Source of the DNA: Thermoanaerobaculia bacterium
GTDB lineage: Bacteria; Acidobacteriota; Thermoanaerobaculia; UBA5066
Length of the DNA stretch: 64,000 nucleotides
NCBI GenBank assembly: GCA_963816185.1
Contig: CAWFJJ010000008.1
Coordinates: 256,001 to 320,000, forward strand
Reading direction: 5' to 3'
Shown here: positions 50,936 through 60,542 of the stretch, piece after piece
How positions within the stretch are numbered: the first letter of the stretch is position 1
How the letters are laid out: each line of letters starts with the position of its first letter
Position numbers and translations under genes: made by a program
The notes under the pieces: model-generated
Database searches by the model: none
Told to the model about the DNA's origin: nothing
Seen by the model: only the letters and a program-made list of their open reading frames with translations

Positions 50936-52095
50936 GACGAGGCTCCTTTCCCGGGCGAAGGAGGCTTCTCGGTCTCGTCTTCAGGCGGAGGCGGCGGGAC
51001 GTGCTCCTCCTTGACTTGTCCCGTGCGGGCGCGCTGGACGAGGGAGATGAGGCCGTGCGTGGCGAAGGCCGCCGCCACGCCGGCCGAGGCCCAGAGTCCG
51101 ACCTTGTCGATCGGAGTTCCGAGCTTGAAGCCCGGAATCGTGGGCAGGTGGCGGTAGAAGGGCGTCATCTTGTCCCAGAAGTCGGGCTCGGCGCAGCCGA
51201 TGCATGGGTGGCCGCAGCCGATCGGCCAATTCGTGCCGTCGTTCCACCTCACGACCGGGCAGTTCTGGAACGTGACCGGCCCTTTGCACCCCATCTTGTA
51301 GAGGCAGTAGCCGGTGCGGTGCCCGTCGTCTCCCCACGCCTCCACGTACTGACCGGCGTCGAAGTGAGCTCGCCTCTCGCAGTTGTCGTGGATCGACTTT
51401 CCATACGCGAAGAGAGGGCGCCGGTAACCGTCGAGGGCGGGCAGGTCCTTGAAGGTGATGTAGTTGACGACGAGGGCCGTGAGGTTCTCAGGGTTCATGG
51501 GGCAGGCCGAGAGGTTCACGAGGTTCTTCAGCCCTGGGACGGCGTCGGCCACGCCGAGGGCGCCGGTCGGGTTCGGGGCGGCGGCCGGAAGACCGCCGAA
51601 CGTCGCGCACGTCCCGACGGCGATCGTGGCCGCAGCGCCGCCGCAGACTTCGCGGGCGATCTGGAGGGCGGATCGCCCTCCGATCGTGCAGTACGCGCCG
51701 TTGGCTCCCGTGGGGATCGAGCCCTCGACGACGGCGAGGTACGCGCCCTTGTTGTCCTTGACCGTCTTGGCGAGGAGGTCTTCGGCCTGATGGCCTGCGG
51801 CCGCCATGATGGTCTCGTGGTAATCCACCGAGAGGACGTCGAGGACGATGTCCGCCACCGTCGGCTTGGTGGCCCTCAGAAACGACTCGGTGTTTCCCGC
51901 ACAGTCCTGGAACTCGAGCCAGACGACGATCGGCTTCTCGGCCTTCAGGACGGCTTCGGCGATCCTCGACCCGAAGACCTTGGGAAGGGCGAGCGCCGTG
52001 GCCATCACGCCGCAGAACTCGACGAATTGGCGGCGCGAGACACCCCGCTGCTCAAGCTCCATCTCGACCCAGGACCCTGGTCTTCTCATAGACAC
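50932..52095 (-). CDS. hyaA: [NiFe] hydrogenase small subunit
   Basis: Tat SRRQF, DCAGNTES, ACP, HDNC, CLYKMGCKGP, GHPCIGC, C-terminal TM. Confidence 0.9.
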   Translation of the reverse strand: MSMRRPGSWVEMELEQRGVSRRQFVEFCGVMATALALPKVFGSRIAEAVLKAEKPIVVWLEFQDCAGNTESFLRATKPTVADIVLDVLSVDYHETIMAAAGHQAEDLLAKTVKDNKGAYLAVVEGSIPTGANGAYCTIGGRSALQIAREVCGGAAATIAVGTCATFGGLPAAAPNPTGALGVADAVPGLKNLVNLSACPMNPENLTALVVNYITFKDLPALDGYRRPLFAYGKSIHDNCERRAHFDAGQYVEAWGDDGHRTGYCLYKMGCKGPVTFQNCPVVRWNDGTNWPIGCGHPCIGCAEPDFWDKMTPFYRHLPTIPGFKLGTPIDKVGLWASAGVAAAFATHGLISLVQRARTGQVKEEHVPPPPPEDETEKPPSPGKGASS

Positions 52096-52152
52096 CCTCC
52101 TGTCATGGGCAAGCCACTTCCCTTCAAAATGGTTCGACTCTGCTCATCGGCC

Positions 52153-52170
52153 ATGATTCAGACGCATCAT
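52153..52170. promoter_or_regulatory. Putative operator shared with 39838-39855
   Basis: ATGATTCAGACGCATCAT in the hyaA/globin divergent spacer. Confidence 0.45.
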
Positions 52171-52294
52171 TCCACCCCCAAACCCGCGATAGTGCGGGTT
52201 GACCGGGTCGCGGAGCGTTTGCGAGATGTATCTTCTGGAGTGTGCGGAGCCTTGTGGGTGGAGTCCACGCGCGAGGGTCTCGCGAGGTGACGAG

Positions 52295-52714
52295 ATGACC
52301 CGTGAGCAGATCGCCCTCGTCCGAAAGAGCTTCGATCGCCTGAGGCCGCTTCCGCGAGGGGCGGGCAAGGACTTCTACGACACGCTGTTCGCGCTCGACC
52401 CGTCTCTGAGGCCCCTTTTCTCCAAGGACGTCGAGAATCAGGGCGCGATGTTCGTGGTGGCGCTGGGGCTCGCGCTGAAGGGCCTCGACGACGAGGACGG
52501 TGCCGTGGACGAGTCGCTCCGCGAGCTCGGGCGCCGCCACGTGCTGTACGGCGCGAAGGACGTCCATTTCGACACGTTCCGCGAGGCGCTCCTGTGCATG
52601 TTCGCGCAGCGCCTCGGCCCCGACTTCACGCCCGAGACGGCCGAGGCCTGGCGGGCCGCCTTTGACCGCATCAGCTCCGTCATGAAGGCGGCGGCGGCTG
52701 AAGCGCGGAGGTAA
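52295..52714 (+). CDS. Single-domain globin (flavohemoglobin globin-domain-like)
   Basis: QIALVRKSF, FY..LF..DP.L..LF, Q(E7), LGRRH..YG, AW..A. Confidence 0.9.
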   Translation: MTREQIALVRKSFDRLRPLPRGAGKDFYDTLFALDPSLRPLFSKDVENQGAMFVVALGLALKGLDDEDGAVDESLRELGRRHVLYGAKDVHFDTFREALLCMFAQRLGPDFTPETAEAWRAAFDRISSVMKAAAAEARR

Positions 52715-52769
52715 TTTTGCTAAGAAACCCAAGACGAGGAGAACAGGCGGCCCCGTGAAGTTCGGCCGC

Positions 52770-52806
52770 CGGGGGGAGATTCCTAATCTCCCCCCGCACC
52801 CCCCTC
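52770..52806. repeat. REP-like hairpin overlapping the sigma54-activator stop codon
   Basis: CGGGGGGAGATT-CCT-AATCTCCCCCCG stem plus CACCCCCCTC tail; same architecture as 34569-34605; may also act as a terminator between convergent genes. Confidence 0.55.
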
Positions 52807-54873
52807 AAGCCCGTACTTCTCGATGCGCGAGTAGAGCTGGGCGCGCGTGAGGCCGAGGAGCTTCGCGGCCCGGCTCTTGTTGAAGCGCGCTTTCTTCAGC
52901 GCCTCTTTCACGTAGTCGCGCTCCAGCGACTCGAGGTCGAGGCCTTCGGGCGGCAAGAACGCGCCGGCAGGGCCCGGAGCGGCAGCGCGGGAAGCCGAAT
53001 CCTGGCGCGTGACGGAGATCGGGAGATGCGCCGCCGTGATCAGGCCGCCCTCCACGAGAATCGCGGCGCGCTCGAGCGCGTTTCGAAGCTCGCGCACGTT
53101 TCCGGGCCAGGGGTAGGAGAGAAGGAGCTCCTTTGCTTCGCGTGAGATGCCGGGCACGGGGCGGCCGACGGCCGGGCCGAGCTCGGCGAGGAACATCTCC
53201 GTGAGAGGCAGGATGTCTTCCGGGCGCTCGCGCAGGGGCGGCAGGTGGATCCCGAAGACCGAAAGCCTGTAAAAGAGGTCCTCGCGGAATTCGCCTTTCT
53301 CGATCGCCCGCGCGAGGTCGCGGTTCGTGGCCGCGATGAGACGCGCGTCGGTCTTCAGCACCTTCGTTCCGCCGAGCCGCTGGAACTCGTGCTCCTCGAG
53401 GACGCGCAGGAGCTTCGCCTGCACGGCCGGGCTCATCTCGCCCGCCTCGTCGAGGAAGAGAGTGCCGCCCGCGGCCTGCTCGAGCCGGCCCGGTTTTCCG
53501 CCCGTCGCGCCCGTGAACGCGCCCTTCTCGTACCCGAACAGCTCGGACTCGAGGAGCTGGTCCGGCAGGGCGGCGCCGTTCAGGGCGATGAACGGACCGG
53601 CCGCGCGCGCCGAGCTCCGGTGGATCGCCCGCGCGACGACCTCCTTGCCCGTGCCGGACTCGCCGGTCAGAAGGACGGTCGTCTCCATGGGCGCGACCTT
53701 GGCGGCCTGGACGAGGACTTCATGCCAGCTCTTCGACGTTCCCACGATGCGGCCGAACCCGCCGCGCGAGGCGAGCTCCTCGGAGAGGACGGCCACCCGC
53801 TTCTCGAGCGTCTCGGCCTGCGCCCGGGCGTCGGCCGCTCGGCGCGCCTCCTCGGCGAGGCGCTGATGGGAAAGGGCGAGCGCGACCTGGTCGGCGACAT
53901 GCTGGGCGAAGGGAATGTCGTCCTCGCTGTACGTGTTGGGCGTGCGCGAGATGAAGAGCAGGCCGCCCGCGAACTGCCAGCGGCCCTCGAAGAAGATGGG
54001 CACGCGCAGAATCGAGCGCGCCCCGTCCGCCGTGAGGTGCCGGCATTTGTCGGATGCGGGGTCGAGCTCGACGAGGACGTCCCGGACGATTTCGGTCGAC
54101 CAGTGCTCGCGCGCCCGGTCGGCGGGCGTCAGGCGGATCGGCTCGCGGATCTCCGGGAAGCCGGCGCCCGAGACCGCGTACACGCGGACGGCCGACCGGT
54201 CCTCCGTGAGAAGGCCGAGCGCCATGCGGTCGTGCGGAATGACCGGCCGGACGATCTCCGAGATGCGCTCGAAGACGTCGCGCACGTCGAGTGCCGTCGC
54301 GAGCGCCGGCACGAGAGCCTGCAGTCCTTCGTACTTCCGCCGCCTGTTCCTCTCGTCCGCGGCGAGGCGCTCGTGCTCGAACGCCATCGCGATGACATCG
54401 GCGATCGGCCGCACGAGCTCTTCGTCGTCCTCGCTATAGGCCCCCGGCTTCAGGCTCAGAAGGGTCAAATAGCCGCTGCGCGACGTGCCGGTGAGCGGCA
54501 CGCGAAGCATCGACCGGACCTTCGCGTCCTTGAAGCTCTGGTCGCGAGGGTAGGAGGTATCGAGGGTGGAGAGGAGATCGTCCGTTCGCCCCACGCGCAT
54601 CAGCAGGGCCCAGAGCGCGGGCGAATAGTCTTTTCGCGGGACGAGGCGTGCGTACGTGCGGCGGTCCTCGTCGTTCAGCGTCGGGCCCGCGATCGTGTAG
54701 AGGGAGAACCCTTCGCCCTCGTGGTTGTAGGTCACGGTCATCGCGTCGAAGGCGAGGACGCGCGCCGCCGCCGCCGAGATGCGCTGGAAGACGACGTCGA
54801 GCTCGAGCGTCTCTGACGCGACGCGGGCGATCTCCGAAAGCACCGGGACAAGGGCGGTCCTTCCCGACTCCAT
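52783..54873 (-). CDS. Sigma54-dependent activator, GAF-GAF-AAA+-Fis HTH (FhlA/NifA-like)
   Basis: [39 protein letters not shown]. Confidence 0.93.
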   Translation of the reverse strand: MESGRTALVPVLSEIARVASETLELDVVFQRISAAAARVLAFDAMTVTYNHEGEGFSLYTIAGPTLNDEDRRTYARLVPRKDYSPALWALLMRVGRTDDLLSTLDTSYPRDQSFKDAKVRSMLRVPLTGTSRSGYLTLLSLKPGAYSEDDEELVRPIADVIAMAFEHERLAADERNRRRKYEGLQALVPALATALDVRDVFERISEIVRPVIPHDRMALGLLTEDRSAVRVYAVSGAGFPEIREPIRLTPADRAREHWSTEIVRDVLVELDPASDKCRHLTADGARSILRVPIFFEGRWQFAGGLLFISRTPNTYSEDDIPFAQHVADQVALALSHQRLAEEARRAADARAQAETLEKRVAVLSEELASRGGFGRIVGTSKSWHEVLVQAAKVAPMETTVLLTGESGTGKEVVARAIHRSSARAAGPFIALNGAALPDQLLESELFGYEKGAFTGATGGKPGRLEQAAGGTLFLDEAGEMSPAVQAKLLRVLEEHEFQRLGGTKVLKTDARLIAATNRDLARAIEKGEFREDLFYRLSVFGIHLPPLRERPEDILPLTEMFLAELGPAVGRPVPGISREAKELLLSYPWPGNVRELRNALERAAILVEGGLITAAHLPISVTRQDSASRAAAPGPAGAFLPPEGLDLESLERDYVKEALKKARFNKSRAAKLLGLTRAQLYSRIEKYGLEGGAGGD

Positions 54874-54915
54874 GGGGCGGTCATTCTAGGCCCCGCGGTC
54901 GACTACACTTCGGAG

Positions 54916-55925
54916 ATGCCGGTCTCGGGGGCAGCCCAGGATCTCGCCGAAGGCGTCCTTGCGGGGCGCGTGCCCGCCGTCGCGCGCGCGATCACGTGGG
55001 CCGAATCGGGCGATCCGCGCTTTCACGCGCTGCTCGCGCTCGTTTTTCCGCGAACGGGCGGCGCCCGCGTGACAGGCCTGACGGGCTCGCCGGGAGCGGG
55101 CAAATCCACGCTGACCGCCGCGCTCGCGCGCCGGGCGCGCGCCCTCGGGCGAAAGGTCGGCATCGTCGCGGTGGACCCGTCGTCTCCTTTCTCGGGCGGG
55201 GCGATTCTCGGCGACCGGATCCGCATGCAGGACCTCTATACGGATCCCGGGGTCCTCATCCGGTCGATGGCGACGCGCGGCCATCTCGGCGGCCTCGCGC
55301 GTGCGTCGGCCGACGCCGTGGACGTGCTCGACGCCGCAGGCTACGACGAGATCCTCGTCGAGACGGTGGGCGTGGGCCAGGACGAGGTCGAGGTCTTCCG
55401 GCTCGCCCAGACCTGCGTCGTCGTCCTGACGCCCGGCATGGGGGACGACATCCAGGCCATCAAGGCAGGCCTCATGGAGGTCGCGGATCTGTTCGTCGTG
55501 AACAAGGCCGACCGCGACGGCGCGGACCGCGTCGTGCAGGAGATCCTCCAGATGCTCGAGCTCGGGGAGCACGGCGCGTGGCTGCCGCCGGTCGTGAAGA
55601 CGGTCGCCACGACGGGCGCCGGCCTCGACGAGCTGGCCGCGAGGATCGCGGAGCACCGCGCGTTCCTCGACGGGCCGCAGGGCGCCGCGCGCAGACGCGA
55701 GCGGACGAAGATGCGAATTGAATCGCTGGTCAAAGAAGATTTTCTTAGAAGGGTAGAGAGGCTCCGGGGAGGCACGGGGGCCCTCGAGGAAGCCGCGGCG
55801 CGCGTGGAAGCGCGGATGGAAGATCCCGTGAGCGCCGCTCACACCCTGAGCGGCACGCTGGAGAAGGACGGCCGATCGCCGTCGCCCTCTTCACCTTCTA
55901 AGAAATCCCCGGTCTCCTCTCCCGC
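54916..55925 (+). CDS. meaB: Methylmalonyl-CoA mutase-associated GTPase MeaB (probably fused to downstream Mce)
   Basis: GSPGAGKST, VDPSSPFSGGAILGDRIRM, ETVGVGQ, NKAD; no stop at the domain end. Confidence 0.9.
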
Positions 55926-55960
55926 TCTCCTCCTCCTCATTCAACTTCTAAGAAATCCCC
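55731..55960. repeat. Intragenic inverted-repeat set, copy 3 (meaB C-terminus/linker) with an extra right arm
   Basis: Left arm 55731-55753; right arms 55882-55907 and 55938-55960 (CATTCAACTTCTAAGAAATCCCC). Confidence 0.9.
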
Positions 55961-55994
55961 CGTTCCGAAATCCCCGTTCCCCTCTTTCGTCTCC

Positions 55995-56397
55995 CGAATT
56001 TCCCACCTCGGCATCGCCGTTCCGTCGCTCGAGAAAGGCGGAGTCTTCTGGGATCTCCTCGGCCTCGTCGAGGAGCACCGCGAGGAGGTCGCCTCGCAAG
56101 AAGTCGTCACGTCGTTCCGTGCGGTCGGGGAGTCGCACCTCGAGCTCCTCGAGTCGACGTCGCCCGACGGGCCGATCGCGAAAGCGCTCGAGAAGCGCGG
56201 CCCGGGCATCCACCATCTCTGCCTCGAGGTCGCGGACATCGGCGCCGTGCTCGCGAGGCTCAAGGAGGCCGGCGTGAAGCTCGTGAACGAAGACTCCGGT
56301 CGCCGGTGCTGGCGACTGCCTCGTCGCGTTCGTTCATCCTTCCGCGACGGGCGGGATTCTCCTGGAGCTGTCGGAGAAGAAGACGAAAACGGGCTGA
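55995..56397 (+). CDS. mce: Methylmalonyl-CoA epimerase domain; no own start codon; apparent 1-bp insertion near 56290
   Basis: Manual translation RISHLGIAV...LELLE...GPGIHHLCLEV, then GAGDCLVAFVHP..TGGILLEL* in the next frame. Confidence 0.85.
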
Positions 56398-56448
56398 CCA
56401 GGTAGTTATGGCGGTGTTATTATGTCGGCCATGAGTGGAGACGCGTCC

Positions 56449-56688
56449 ATGAGGCGCACGACCGTCATGCTTCCCGCCGACCTCCGCCGACGCGCCTTTC
56501 GCCGCGCGAAAGAGCAGGGTGTTTCGTTCGGGGTGATCGTCCGCGCTTCGTTGGACGCCGCGCTCCCCGACCAGCAAGGAACAGGCGGCGACGACCCGCT
56601 GTTCGCGGACGGCGCCGTCTGGCGCGGCCGGGCTCCGCGCGCCCTCGCCCGCGACCACGATCGTTTCCTGTACGACTCCGAGTCGTGA
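56449..56688 (+). CDS. CopG/ribbon-helix-helix antitoxin
   Basis: MRRTTVMLP.DL...A...GVS...VR..L, C-terminal HDRFLY; overlaps PIN gene start. Confidence 0.8.
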   Translation: MRRTTVMLPADLRRRAFRRAKEQGVSFGVIVRASLDAALPDQQGTGGDDPLFADGAVWRGRAPRALARDHDRFLYDSES

Positions 56689-57116
56689 TCTTCGTCGACA
56701 CGGGCGCGTTCCTGGCGCGGTACAGCGAAGGCGACCAGTTTCATCGGGTCGCCGCCCGCGCGTGGAAACGTCTCGGGCGCTCGACCGGGGCTCTCTTCAC
56801 GTCCAGTTTCGTGGTGGACGAAACGCTCACGCTTCTCGGGCGGCGGACGACGTACGCGTTCGCGGCGGCGCGGGCTGAGGCGATTTACGCGTCGCGCGTG
56901 CTGACGATCCTCCGGCCGGACGCGGCCGACGAGTCTTCCGCCGTCGACCTGTTTCGGAAGTTCGCGGACCAGAAGGTGAGCTTCACCGATTGCGTCTCGT
57001 TCGCCCTCATGCGCCGCCACAGAGTGAAAAGGGTCTTCACGTTCGACCGCCATTTCGCGCGCGCGGGATTCGAGGTCTGGCCGGCCCTGGGGCGCGACGC
57101 CGGGTCAGGGCGGTGA
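56685..57116 (+). CDS. PIN-domain (VapC) toxin
   Basis: IFVDTGAF, E, SFTDCVSF, TFDRHF. Confidence 0.92.
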   Translation: MIFVDTGAFLARYSEGDQFHRVAARAWKRLGRSTGALFTSSFVVDETLTLLGRRTTYAFAAARAEAIYASRVLTILRPDAADESSAVDLFRKFADQKVSFTDCVSFALMRRHRVKRVFTFDRHFARAGFEVWPALGRDAGSGR

Positions 57117-57152
57117 GACGTCGACCTGAGGAAGGAGGGCGACCTGCTGTCC

Positions 57153-57494
57153 TCAGTTCGGGCGGGACGTGGGCGTTGCGGCCGCCACCGTCTGCGGGCC
57201 GAGGAAACCCCGCACGTCCGAGCCCACGATGTCGAAGAACCTCTCGGCGTAGCTCGCGACGCTTCCCACGCGCGCGTCCTCGAACACCTTCTCGATCCGG
57301 TGGAGGGGGACGAAGAGCGTCGCGACCCCCAGCTCCGCGTCGGCGCCCGGCCTCTGCTGGCGCGCCCAGTCGTCGAACAGCTCGAGCTCGAGGCCGCGCA
57401 GCGTCATGCCGGCTGGCCCGAGCGCCAGGAGGACGCCCCAATACTTCTCCTTGGGCTGGACGAGGTGCACGAGAACGAGCGTGCCGGCGTCCAT
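57153..57494 (-). CDS. Hypothetical protein
   Basis: LVHL..PKEKYWG.L, T.F.P.HRIE; codon bias. Confidence 0.7.
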   Translation of the reverse strand: MDAGTLVLVHLVQPKEKYWGVLLALGPAGMTLRGLELELFDDWARQQRPGADAELGVATLFVPLHRIEKVFEDARVGSVASYAERFFDIVGSDVRGFLGPQTVAAATPTSRPN

Positions 57495-57501
57495 CGGCGC
57501 G

Positions 57502-58287
57502 TCAGAAGATCACGCGCGACACGAAGTACTTCGACGGCGAGATGCGCCCGTTGAGGAGCGCGTCCGCATCGTCCGGCGAAACCTCGAAGTGCCCCGCCGC
57601 TTCGCCGCTGGCCGTCGCGAGGATCACCTCCACCTTCTCGAGCGGCTTGCCCGCGGCGCGGGCCTCCTTGAGCCCGCGAGCGGACGCCATGAGCGCGAGA
57701 AACACCTGCTGCTCGTTGTCCGTCACGGCCTGGACGCGCAGGGCGGAGGGAAGATTTCCGAGCTTCACGCCCTTCACGTTGCTCCCGTCGAGCGCGCGCA
57801 TGAAAGCGTCGCTGATGACGGGGTCGAGGACGACCGGCGGAGGCTCGGCAGCCTTACCGGCGGCCGCACGGGGGGCGCGCGTCTCCCGTTCGGTCACGAT
57901 GCCGGTCCGCGGCTCCGGGCGGTCGGCATCCAGCTTCCGGCCGTTTTTCTTGATGTAGTCCGAAAGCGATGGCTTTTTCGCTTCCGGCGCAGCCAACGAG
58001 GAGGTGCGGCCGCCGGGATCGTCGAGGACATAAGCGCCTCCGAGGCCTTCCCGGTTCGCCTTCTCGCTGCGCTCCTGGTCCCACTCGTCGATCGCGATCG
58101 TCTGGGACGTCCCGAGGGGAGTGAGGTAGACGAGGCGCCGACCCTGGACGACGGGCCTGTCCCGCGCTTCGATCCGGCTGCCGTCTTTCGTGTAGATCAC
58201 GTACGTGGCGTCGGCGGGTAGGGCCGAGAGCGCTGCAACGACGAGAGCAACCGCCGGGAGGAGGGAGGTGCGCGCGCGTGGGGACAT
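57502..58287 (-). CDS. Secreted hypothetical protein
   Basis: Signal peptide, YVIYTKDGSRI; codon bias. Confidence 0.7.
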   Translation of the reverse strand: MSPRARTSLLPAVALVVAALSALPADATYVIYTKDGSRIEARDRPVVQGRRLVYLTPLGTSQTIAIDEWDQERSEKANREGLGGAYVLDDPGGRTSSLAAPEAKKPSLSDYIKKNGRKLDADRPEPRTGIVTERETRAPRAAAGKAAEPPPVVLDPVISDAFMRALDGSNVKGVKLGNLPSALRVQAVTDNEQQVFLALMASARGLKEARAAGKPLEKVEVILATASGEAAGHFEVSPDDADALLNGRISPSKYFVSRVIF

Positions 58288-58364
58288 CGGTGCCTCCGGG
58301 AGCCGCCACGAGGGAGCAGGCGGCAGGATGAAGTATAAACGTCGCCGGAGAGAGGGGCGGACGC

Positions 58365-59378
58365 GTGCTGATCGTCATGGACCGGAGCGCCACGGGCGAA
58401 GACGTCGGCCGTGTCGTCGCCGCCGCGGAGCGCCTCGGGTTGAAGGCCCACCCGATTCCGGGCGCGCAGCGCACGGCGGTCGGTATCACGGGCAACAAGG
58501 GCACGGTGGGGCCGGCGGCGTTCGAAAGCCTGCCGGGCGTTCTCGAGGTCATCCGGGTCTCGCATCCGTACAAGCTCGTCTCGCGCGAGTTCCACCCCGA
58601 GGACACCATCGTCTCCGTGGGCGGCGTCCCCATCGGCGGCACGCGCATCGTCGTGATCGCGGGGCCTTGCGCCGTCGAGACCCGGGAGCAGACGCTCACG
58701 ATCGCGCGCCAGGTCAAGTCGCGAGGCGCCGATCTCCTGCGCGGCGGCGCCTACAAGCCGCGGACTTCGCCATACGCGTTCCAGGGCCTCGCCGAGGAAG
58801 GCCTGAAGATCCTCGCCGAGGCCCGTGAGGAGACGGGCCTGCCCGTCGTCACCGAGGTGCTCGACACCGAGACGGTCGACCTCGTGGCCTCGTACGCCGA
58901 TTGCCTGCAGGTGGGCGCGCGCAACATGCAGAACTTCGAGCTCCTGAAGAAGGCGGGCCGTACCGGGAAGCCCGTTCTTCTGAAGCGCGGCATGTCGGCC
59001 ACGCTCGAGGAATTCCTGCTGGCGGCCGAGTACGTCCTCTCGGAGGGGAATCCGAACGTCGTCCTCTGCGAGCGGGGCATCCGCACGTTCTCGGATTTCA
59101 CGCGCAACACGCTCGACCTGTCGGTCGTGCCGGCGGTCGAGCGTCTGTCGCACCTGCCGATCGTCGTCGACCCGTCGCACGGAACCGGGCGCCGCGACAA
59201 GGTCGTGCCCATGTCGCGCGCGTCGATCGCGGCCGGCGCCGACGGCATCGCGGTCGAGGTCCACCACAAGCCGGCCGAGGCTCTGTCGGACGGCCCTCAG
59301 GCGCTCACGCCCGACATGTTCAGCGAGCTGATGGACCAGATCCGCCCGATCGCGGCGGCGGTCGGGAGGACGGCATGA
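58365..59378 (+). CDS. aroF: DAHP synthase type I-beta with N-terminal ACT-like domain
   Basis: [39 protein letters not shown]. Confidence 0.93.
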   Translation: MLIVMDRSATGEDVGRVVAAAERLGLKAHPIPGAQRTAVGITGNKGTVGPAAFESLPGVLEVIRVSHPYKLVSREFHPEDTIVSVGGVPIGGTRIVVIAGPCAVETREQTLTIARQVKSRGADLLRGGAYKPRTSPYAFQGLAEEGLKILAEAREETGLPVVTEVLDTETVDLVASYADCLQVGARNMQNFELLKKAGRTGKPVLLKRGMSATLEEFLLAAEYVLSEGNPNVVLCERGIRTFSDFTRNTLDLSVVPAVERLSHLPIVVDPSHGTGRRDKVVPMSRASIAAGADGIAVEVHHKPAEALSDGPQALTPDMFSELMDQIRPIAAAVGRTA

Positions 59379-60485
59379 GCGGCGCGCTCCTCGTCCTCGA
59401 GGACGGCCGGTCGTTTGCGGGCCGCGCCGTCGGGGCGCCGGGAACGACGTTCGGCGAAGTCGTCTTCAACACGGGTATGTCGGGTTATCAGGAGACGCTG
59501 ACCGACCCGTCCTATCGCGGGCAGATCGTCGTCATGACGGCCTCGCACATCGGCAATTACGGCCTCAACGACGAGGACGTCGAATCTTCGCGGATCCAGG
59601 TCGCCGGCTTTCGCCGCACGGCATTTCCCGGACCGCTTCTCGAGCGCCCGGGGCAAGGAGCCGATCGGCCAGGGGCTCGCGGAGGGCGGCGTCGTGGGAA
59701 TCGACGAGCTCGATGCGCGCGCCCTCGTTCGGCATCTCAGGAGCCGGGGCGTCATGCGCGGCGCGATCTCCACCGAGACGGCATCCGAGGCCGACGCCGC
59801 GGCGCTCGTCGAAACAGTGAAGGAGCAGCCGACGATGGCGGGCGCCGCTCTCGCTCTGACGGTCGGAACCACGGCGCGCTACGGTTTCGCGCTTCCCCGG
59901 GGCGTGGCGCGAAAGGGGCGCGTGGCCGCCATCGACTACGGCATCAAGAGGAACATCTTGAGGATGCTCGCCGCGCGCGGCCTCGAGCCGACCGTGTTCC
60001 CGGCGGCGGCGACCGCCGGGGAGATGCTCGCGGAGGGATTCGACGGCTACTTCCTTTCGAACGGCCCGGGCGATCCCGACGCGCTGCCGTCATGCGTCGC
60101 GGAGGTGAAGCGCCTCGTCGAGTCCGGCAAGCCCGTGTTCGGCATCTGCCTCGGGCAGCAGCTCCTGGGCCTCGCTCTCGGCGGCACGACGTACAAGCTC
60201 AAGTTCGGTCACCGCGGCGCGAACCATCCGGTGAAGAACCTTCAGACGGGCCGCGTCGCCATCACGTCGCAGAATCACGGCTTCTCCGTCGCGTCCGAGT
60301 CGTTGCCGTCGAACGTCGAGCTCACGCACGTCAACCTCAACGACGGCACGTGCGAGGGCTTCCGGGCGACGGACCGTCCCGTCTTCGCGGTGCAGTACCA
60401 CCCGGAATCCGCCCCGGGCCCGCACGACTCGGGCGCGCTGTTCGACGAGTTCGTGAGTCTCGTGGAGCGGGCCGACGCGCGCTGA
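59375..60485 (+). CDS. carA: Carbamoyl-phosphate synthase small subunit; apparent 1-bp insertion near 59610
   Basis: [20 protein letters not shown]; SNGPGDP, GICLG, QYHPE in the second frame. Confidence 0.92.
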
Positions 60486-60542
60486 CGCGCTTATGATGGC
60501 TCGCCATCGCGCATCGAGAACTTCTCGGGCCAGGAGGGCCAA

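Noticed and set aside
5498-54873. Respiratory region as a mobile genomic island
   Set aside because: No integrase, transposase, tRNA or att repeats, and no obvious compositional shift by eye.
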